NCBI GenBank assembly: GCA_938040915.1
Contig: CALHZE010000252.1
Location: forward strand, 1 to 44,099
Direction: 5' to 3'
Length of the DNA stretch: 44,099 bases
DNA from: an uncultured Bacteroidia bacterium
GTDB taxonomy: Bacteria > Bacteroidota > Bacteroidia > Bacteroidales > CAJPTX01
Position numbers and translations under genes: made by a program. Shown here piece after piece: positions 39,301 through 44,099 of this stretch (position 1 is the stretch's first letter; every line of letters starts with the position of its first letter). The notes under the pieces are model-generated. The model was not told the origin of the DNA, did not search any database, and saw nothing but the letters and a program-made list of their open reading frames with translations.

Positions 39301-40473
39301 CTCATTATAAATGGCGTATTGCAGGACTCCGTCGTAGTGGAGTTTCAGCCTCTTGTAGATTCGGAGATCCGAGCGGTCTTCAAACCATACATTTGGGAAT
39401 ATCGTGACGGCTATGCTGTTTGTGAGAAGATTAACCAAATTTCTAAGGGACTTAACTCTGTTCAGAAACTCACGATTGTAGAGGATGGTCGTTTTGACAT
39501 TGTGCCTTGCGCTTTTGCAACGGATGGTGTTTTAGAGGAGTTGCGCTTAGAAAAGGGAGTTTACAGTGTTGGAGATTCTGCTTTTTATCATTCTACATTA
39601 AGAGCAGTTTACCTAGGTAAGGATGTTAATAGTGTTGGGACAAGAGCGTTTTCATCCTGTTCTAACTTGTCTTTAGTAGAGATCGAGCAGAGAGATCCTA
39701 CACTTTTGCATTTCTCAAAAGACGCTTTCAGTAGTGTGAAAAGGAAACCATTTTTGAGAGTTCCCAATGGGACATCAGAAGCGTTTGAGAAAAGTGGAAA
39801 CTATAAAAAGTTTATTATCGTCGAACGTACTATTCAATGTACAATAGAAGGTTCATTCTTTACAGCGAATGACGTGTTGCCGATTGAGTTCTCAGAATGC
39901 GGGGAAAGTGCTAAACAGGATACTTTACTAAATAAGGGAACGTGTACCTTTTTAGGAGGTACATGTCTATATTTTACCAAGAAAAAGCTAAAAACTAAAG
40001 GGGTGGAGTTGCTTGTTAATGGTCAGAAAAGGAATTTCCCAAGCTCGATTGACCTTACCCAACCGGTCACCATTACGCTCAATTTGACGGATGACAAGTC
40101 AGATGGAAATAATGATGGTGACGAAGGTGAACAATCGGGAGAAGGGGAGGGAGATAAGAACAATAATAATAATAACAATAATAACAACAATAAGAATAAT
40201 AAGGACGATACCACTACAGGTATCTTTGAACAATTAGGCGATCCGAAGTCGTTGTGGGTTCATCCAAATCCGACAACTGGTTTTTTGGTATTGCCAGACT
40301 TCCTCCCCTCTGGGACAATATATCAGCTGGTAAATCTTACAGGGCAAGTGCTACAACGTGATTTCTTGCCGCCTTCGAAGGTACTTGATGTGCAGATGTT
40401 ACGTCCTGGTTTGTATATTGTGTGCGTATTCTTGGATGAGCACAACTATACCGCAAAGTTCGTAAAGCTCTAG
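36373..40473 (+). CDS. Large secreted BspA-type leucine-rich-repeat surface protein with tandem beta-rich modules and a T9SS C-terminal sorting domain
   Basis: 1366 aa with a signal peptide (MKNLFLFLLFFYSLSFLYA). BspA-like LRR blocks occur, for example IVPCAFATDGVLEELRLEKGVYSVGDSAFYHSTLRAVYLGKDVNSVGTRAFSSCSNLSLVEI. The C-terminus LWVHPNPTTGFLVL...LVNLTGQVL...LRPGLYIVCVF...KFVKL is a typical Por_Secre_tail / T9SS type A CTD. Confidence 0.85.
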   Translation: MKNLFLFLLFFYSLSFLYAEDDWHNENGVYYHLDKEKKEASFSLGSDYLPQEVMIVPERISHDGVEYKVVRMDEISSIRNVREIRIPSSVREIKRIHKMPLLKKVVLAHDAPVSIFENCPFEDLEELVFEGGELDNFTRIGNILYSKDLKTIYDITPFNVQCFFIPRQVEQLYLNIGEEKCKKLELVLHKNVRNVYVNDELNKHFGRFYFITPLDDAGDESNFFWSLYKSEYRARLVYNLGLERLEGLPFNQKKFLRNSLSLEPFPYYLNPAFSSDVKQLELCFIEKKGGADAHFETITESGKQYLLKWSLLPVNVRAIPKEGKRIVGYISFNDTIVGDTCTILNCFSNQSLKVLSAEEGELINGIDYRLSQDQKTLISWRSSALFEDLRKSLLLQDVEKISRNAIVLNERCEELFLPNKTLSLESFFVKKDAAVKKLALSPLMTSLSQDALLTLPLLKSLYIPGTARMESDMLDRALVRQRAHLKHIYVDEENLVAWKDKFLDHPLSSYLTPVPKEVNLTNIATDKVEIVVKDLTRDREFILNQEHPSLSLPRTTHTRLQWKSLPSYAIQQPIVNETALDTDAYESFLLENLDLSSRGEVIKHSIEIAKSSGGRISLFTEQGAELEAKSVINVLRGTRIRVHVEPYDGYIFRTCSINGTVYQENEMDITVGSNVSIVATFYRPKTLVQLSLPSRSSISFTDVHGTLLLPEHIYRNDVIYVQRPLLPDGMKIDRLEVNGVTVTTFPYQVRVQEELKVALTIMPLLHTITLTPKASKYLRITSEDGVVLSTEDKIVDQTKCQVSYAGLPFERLEKCIINTLEYPATVLPLAFTVDRDLSIDVVVREVTCRVFLTFPQQCSVFIGEQEITSSPYEYVGKYMDELKIRAVPKDRYCVKEYNLNGSRYLGNELTYRLTEDANLMFYASPNFVSLSTLVDGNGQILIERKEKLGDAAVRLVASGTSVKVTPVPAKNYYCESLIINGVLQDSVVVEFQPLVDSEIRAVFKPYIWEYRDGYAVCEKINQISKGLNSVQKLTIVEDGRFDIVPCAFATDGVLEELRLEKGVYSVGDSAFYHSTLRAVYLGKDVNSVGTRAFSSCSNLSLVEIEQRDPTLLHFSKDAFSSVKRKPFLRVPNGTSEAFEKSGNYKKFIIVERTIQCTIEGSFFTANDVLPIEFSECGESAKQDTLLNKGTCTFLGGTCLYFTKKKLKTKGVELLVNGQKRNFPSSIDLTQPVTITLNLTDDKSDGNNDGDEGEQSGEGEGDKNNNNNNNNNNNKNNKDDTTTGIFEQLGDPKSLWVHPNPTTGFLVLPDFLPSGTIYQLVNLTGQVLQRDFLPPSKVLDVQMLRPGLYIVCVFLDEHNYTAKFVKL
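37930..39387 (+). repeat. Protein-level tandem array: about six ~80-aa beta-rich modules (divergent InlB-B-repeat / Ig-like style) inside the LRR protein
   Basis: A hydrophobic-x-(I/V/L)N(G/E/T) landmark recurs at residues about 575, 657, 738, 817, 899 and 979, with spacings of 82, 81, 79, 82 and 80 aa. Each is preceded by a V.V.P..(G)Y-like strand pattern. A seventh, more distant copy lies near residue 1216. The repeat is not visible at the DNA level. Confidence 0.55.
40159..40200 (+). repeat. AAT/AAC codon run encoding N11-K-N-N (poly-Asn linker) just before the T9SS CTD
   Basis: aacaataataataataacaataataacaacaat aag aat aat, in frame. It follows an acidic/Gly-rich stretch (DGNNDGDEGEQSGEGEGDK). 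Confidence 0.9.
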
Positions 40474-40506
40474 TAGACTAGCTTTTTGTAACGATTTCTC
40501 TTTTAA

Positions 40507-40535
40507 CCCTCTCCGTCACAGGAGGGGGATTTTTT
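40507..40535 (+). terminator. Rho-independent terminator after the LRR gene
   Basis: 8-bp stem CCCTCTCC / GGAGGGGG (one G:U pair), 6-nt loop, then ATTTTTT. Confidence 0.65.
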
Positions 40536-41042
40536 ATCTCCTTATGCGATCTTCGCGTCTCAATTCTTCTATGCTTTTCTTCTTAGCGCTACAACGAGTC
40601 TCTAAAGCCAAAAGAACGGATTCCACAAGAACGATTTGAGGAAATAGACAACCTTTAACGACGCGTAACCCGCAGGGCATCTCTTCTTGAAGTCAATCGA
40701 CATCTTAACTGGGATGACGGACGAAGGGGGCTCGTTCGGAGGTACTCAAAAGATAAGAATGCGACTCCCGCTCATGATAATATGCCTTTGTTCAAAAGCT
40801 TACGCCAATTACTTACTTCTATTGCTATAGCTTGCTACTTACCAATCCTGAAGTCCGATTATATTCGCTCATCATGCGCTTTTTCGTGCTGCGCGCTCCT
40901 TTTTTTCTTTCTCCTATCCCTGCATAGCCAGAATAGCCGTTTCAATACTCTACGAGGCTGAAAACTACCATGACGTTGAAAACCCCCTATTCGACTCGTT
41001 TTCTCGCGTTGCTAATACCTAGCTTGTGTAATTTGGGGAGTT

Positions 41043-41083
41043 AAAAAGAAGTGAGACGCACCCTTTCGGTGCGTCTCACTTTT
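41043..41083. terminator. Bidirectional rho-independent terminator (serves the reverse-strand ABC operon; also faces the + strand)
   Basis: Perfect 12-bp stem GTGAGACGCACC / GGTGCGTCTCAC with a 5-nt loop. It is flanked by AAAAAGAA on the left and TTTT on the right. It lies 97 nt beyond the stop of the 41180-42985 gene. Confidence 0.8.
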
Positions 41084-41179
41084 ACTACAGTTTTCTGTTT
41101 TCCACAATCCCTCTCAACCTAGTGGGAGGGGGGAAACTCCGTCATTAGCCACCGGACTAAATAGAGACGTTGTATCGCG

Positions 41180-42985
41180 TTAAGCATTTGTCGTTACGTT
41201 AGCCGAGCGCCGAATCCCCCAATGAAGTGTCTGTTCATACTGTCGCCACATCGCCGCATAACGTCCTCCTTGCGCTACAAGCGATTCGTGTGTACCCCGC
41301 TCGCAGATTTCACCGCCATCCACATAGAAGATCTGATCTGCATTGACTATCGTGCTTAGCCGGTGGGCGATCACCATCACCGTTTTCCCTTTTATCAAGT
41401 GGGAAAAAGCTTCTAAGATTTTCCCCTCATTCTCTGGGTCTGAAAAAGCGGTTGCTTCGTCCAAAAGGATTATGGGTGCATCCTTCAGTATCGCGCGAGC
41501 TAAGGCTAACCGTTGCTGTTCACCCCCCGAAAGGTAAGTTCCCCCCTCGCCGACAAGGGTCTGATAGCCTTGCGGAAGCGCCGTGATGAATTCGTGACAC
41601 TGAGCCGCTTTTGCCGCCGCCTCAACTTGAGCGAAGCTTGCCGTTTTGTTTCCCATACGGATGTTTTCCTCTATCGTATCAAAGAAGAGCGGGTTGTCTT
41701 GAAAGACAAACGAAATGCGCTTCATGAGTTCTGCCATTGGGATGTTGCGAATCGGCACGCCGCCTATCTTAATTTGCCCCTCAAGTACATCCCAAAAACG
41801 TGCAGTAAGCATCGCAATAGTCGATTTTCCTGCCCCAGACGGTCCCACAAAAGCTGAAATCGTTGCCGGCTTGGCGTTAAAAGATACGTTATTCAGGACT
41901 TTCTTTGCCTCGTAGGCGAAAGATACTCCTTCGAAGGAAATCGTCGAATCTGACGGCGTTTGCGGTGTTTCTGTCTCCTCCAACTCAGGCTCGTCTAAGA
42001 TGGCGTCTATTTCTGCCACCCCAAGGCTATTTTGGTTAAATAAAGAGCCGACCCACATAATCTTCAATAGCGGGAAAAGAACACCCACCGAAAAAACTAA
42101 AAAGAGTAAGACCTCGGGCAATAGCGACGTGTAGGCGTCTGTGTGCATTAACAGATATGCTCCCACGGGCATGACAAAAAGCAGAGGCGAGAGAAGAATC
42201 GCATGAAAGCCTACGTAGGTGCTCCGGTATTCGTGGTTCATTTGTGTGGCGAACTTCCGAAACTCTGTTACGTTGTCGTTGAGTTGGTGGTAGGCTTTGG
42301 TCGAGCGAGTGAATATCTTCACGACTTGGATACCGCGGATGTATTCGACTAGCGAGGCATTGACTTCCCCATTTACGCGAAGCCAGCCATCCATATAGCG
42401 TTTTACACGTCCGCTGCCATACATCTTTGCCATGAAAAGGAGGGAAACTAATACCACCCCGAGGATAATGAGCGCCAACAACCAGTTGACAAAGAACATA
42501 TAGGCGAAAAGCAGAAAGGGAAAAATGAGCGCCGTTACCGTATCAGGTAAGTTGTGAGCAATAAAGAGCTCGATGCGCTCCACGTCCTCGGTCATAATCT
42601 TCTTTATCTTACCCGTCGCGTGCTTGGTGAAGAACCCCATCGGGAGGCGCGCTAGTTTCTGGGCGAGTTGGATGCGAATTTGGTACAAGATGTTAAACGC
42701 CGCCAAGTGAGATAACATCAGTGAGAGAAACCCCGTAATTACGCTCAGCACAAACGATCCCAACATTACCCAACACCAATACCAAATCTCGCCAGCATTG
42801 GCCTCTGCGGGAGCAGCAGCGTGCGCGACCAACTCGGCTAAGATTTTATAGATCGCCACAAAGGGGACAAACTGTGCTACGGTGGTGAGCGTCCCTAAAG
42901 CAATAGCGCCTATGAGGTACAATTTCTTGCGTCCCGCGATTTCTAGCAAGCGCGGCAACCCTGTTTTACGTTGTCCTGTCTTCAT
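41180..42985 (-). CDS. ABC exporter, fused permease/ATP-binding protein (MdlB/MsbA-like half transporter)
   Basis: 601 aa with an N-terminal six-TM-type domain. Walker A GPSGAGKST, signature LSGGEQQR, Walker B IILLDEAT, H-loop VIAHRLST. Confidence 0.9.
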   Translation of the reverse strand: MKTGQRKTGLPRLLEIAGRKKLYLIGAIALGTLTTVAQFVPFVAIYKILAELVAHAAAPAEANAGEIWYWCWVMLGSFVLSVITGFLSLMLSHLAAFNILYQIRIQLAQKLARLPMGFFTKHATGKIKKIMTEDVERIELFIAHNLPDTVTALIFPFLLFAYMFFVNWLLALIILGVVLVSLLFMAKMYGSGRVKRYMDGWLRVNGEVNASLVEYIRGIQVVKIFTRSTKAYHQLNDNVTEFRKFATQMNHEYRSTYVGFHAILLSPLLFVMPVGAYLLMHTDAYTSLLPEVLLFLVFSVGVLFPLLKIMWVGSLFNQNSLGVAEIDAILDEPELEETETPQTPSDSTISFEGVSFAYEAKKVLNNVSFNAKPATISAFVGPSGAGKSTIAMLTARFWDVLEGQIKIGGVPIRNIPMAELMKRISFVFQDNPLFFDTIEENIRMGNKTASFAQVEAAAKAAQCHEFITALPQGYQTLVGEGGTYLSGGEQQRLALARAILKDAPIILLDEATAFSDPENEGKILEAFSHLIKGKTVMVIAHRLSTIVNADQIFYVDGGEICERGTHESLVAQGGRYAAMWRQYEQTLHWGIRRSANVTTNA

Positions 42986-42989
42986 CTCT

Positions 42990-44099
42990 CTAATCCGCTA
43001 ATAACCCGCTATTTCCTCCCTCAAATTTCCAGCCCTTCGTGCGCTGTTGCTCATCCCAAAGGTGACGATAAACCCCTTCCGTTTCTGCCAAGAGCGCTTC
43101 GTGTGTCCCCTGTTGCGCTAAACGACCGTGGTCTAACACATAGATACAGTCTGCTTCGCGTACGGTCCAGAGCCGATGCGCAATGACCACCACTGTCTTT
43201 TCCTGCACGAGTTGTGATATGGCGTCCTGAATATGTACCTCGTTCTCAGGATCTAACGATGCCGTAGCTTCGTCAAGCAACACTATTGGTGCATTCTTGA
43301 GTATTGCCCGCGCGATCGAGATACGTTGCTTTTCGCCGCCAGAAAGCGTATTTCCTCCCTCGCCGACCTCCGTCTCATAGCCGTTGGGCAACCCCATGAT
43401 GAAGTCGTGACACTGTGCCAACCGAGCTGCTCGCTCGACCTCGGCATCCGTCGCATCCTCTCGCCCCATCAATATGTTGTTTTTCACCGTGTCCTTAAAC
43501 AAGTAAACATCTTGGAAAACAACCGCTACCTGCGAAAGGAGGGCATCCAGCGTATAGTCTCGTAAGTCGCGCCCCCCGAGAAATATCGCCCCCGACGTCG
43601 GATCCCAAAAACGCGCTAGAAGGCGCGTTAAAGTCGTCTTGCCAGACCCAGACGGTCCTACTAACGCAACAAAACTTTTGGAGGGAATATGAAGCGAAAT
43701 ATCCTCCAATACGGGCTTTTCATTGTAACTGAAAGAAACGTTGCGAAACTCAATCTCGGTCGAGGTCACTTCCCGCACCTCGCCCTCTGCTTGTGGAGAC
43801 ACTTGCATCAGGTTATATATACGGTCAGAGCTCAAGGAAAGGAACTGCACCAGTGCATTAAACTCAAAAGCCTCAATGAGCGGCGCATAGATCCCTAACC
43901 CTCCCAGTAGAAAGATGACATAGTAGAGTAATGACAATTCCCCCTGTTGCAAGAACCAAAATCCCGCGAGCGCAAGGAGAATCGAGCCGCCGTGTAAAAG
44001 CAACTTCGCGAGCGAAAGAACGGGCGCTGGGAGGAGCTCCACGCCGCCATGATGAGCGACAAGAAGGTCCGCTCCAGGCGCCTGCGCCTGGTCCTGCTC
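42990..44099 (-). CDS. ABC exporter, fused permease/ATP-binding protein, partner half transporter; the N-terminus is off-window
   Basis: The frame stays open to nt 44099, and the ORF-track GTG start at 44042 is internal. Walker A GPSGSGKTT, signature LSGGEKQR, Walker B IVLLDEAT. Its stop lies 4 nt before the start of the downstream gene, which suggests a heterodimeric pair. Confidence 0.88.
   Translation of the reverse strand, partial: EQDQAQAPGADLLVAHHGGVELLPAPVLSLAKLLLHGGSILLALAGFWFLQQGELSLLYYVIFLLGGLGIYAPLIEAFEFNALVQFLSLSSDRIYNLMQVSPQAEGEVREVTSTEIEFRNVSFSYNEKPVLEDISLHIPSKSFVALVGPSGSGKTTLTRLLARFWDPTSGAIFLGGRDLRDYTLDALLSQVAVVFQDVYLFKDTVKNNILMGREDATDAEVERAARLAQCHDFIMGLPNGYETEVGEGGNTLSGGEKQRISIARAILKNAPIVLLDEATASLDPENEVHIQDAISQLVQEKTVVVIAHRLWTVREADCIYVLDHGRLAQQGTHEALLAETEGVYRHLWDEQQRTKGWKFEGGNSGLLAD

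Noticed and set aside
40159-40200. The AAT/AAC repeat considered as a CRISPR array, a microsatellite outside genes, or a phase-variation on/off switch.
   Set aside because: It is in frame inside the LRR CDS. The unit is 3 nt, so slippage cannot shift the frame, and there is no repeat-spacer structure. I saw nothing CRISPR-like anywhere in the window.
41180-44099. A possible degenerate-site heterodimeric ABC exporter (one catalytically dead nucleotide-binding site).
   Set aside because: Both nucleotide-binding domains keep canonical Walker A, LSGGxxQR signature, Walker B with the catalytic Glu (LLDEAT) and the H-loop His. Nothing unusual is supported. They look like an ordinary MdlAB-type pair.

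Overview
The window looks like a Bacteroidota chromosomal segment. Support: gldL/M/N type IX secretion (T9SS) and gliding genes, TAnnTTTG-type promoter boxes, and a cargo protein with a T9SS C-terminal sorting domain. All calls rest on reading the translated ORFs and the DNA by eye; no database search was run.

Gene order, left to right:
- The 3' end of gldL, then gldM and gldN (T9SS core).
- A four-gene block made of two diverged copies of a two-gene module, A1-B1-A2-B2 (3172-7943). A is a protein with a chaperone-like N-terminal domain and a helical C-terminal half. B is a leaderless trypsin-fold serine protease fused to a zinc ribbon and a chaperone-like domain. I cannot assign either to a characterised system. 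This is the best candidate for something undescribed.
- Housekeeping genes typA, valS and birA. valS carries an in-frame TAG at a conserved Glu codon.
- tRNA-Cys(GCA), UDP-glucose 6-dehydrogenase, an orphan Cache/HAMP methyl-accepting chemotaxis protein (MCP), and a reverse-strand GT90/CAP10-like glycosyltransferase.
- The complete str-S10-spc-alpha ribosomal superoperon, rpsL through rplQ. It includes secY, map, infA and a 39-aa rpmJ that is too short to appear in the ORF track.
- A 1366-aa secreted BspA-type leucine-rich-repeat (LRR) protein with about six tandem ~80-aa modules, a poly-Asn linker and a T9SS sorting domain.
- About 500 nt with no annotation, lying between two terminators.
- Two convergent ABC exporter genes; the second runs off the window.

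I saw no CRISPR array, transposase, integrase or rRNA. TAG is the most frequent stop codon in the window: 25 TAG, 21 TAA and 3 TGA among the 49 genes whose 3' ends I checked.
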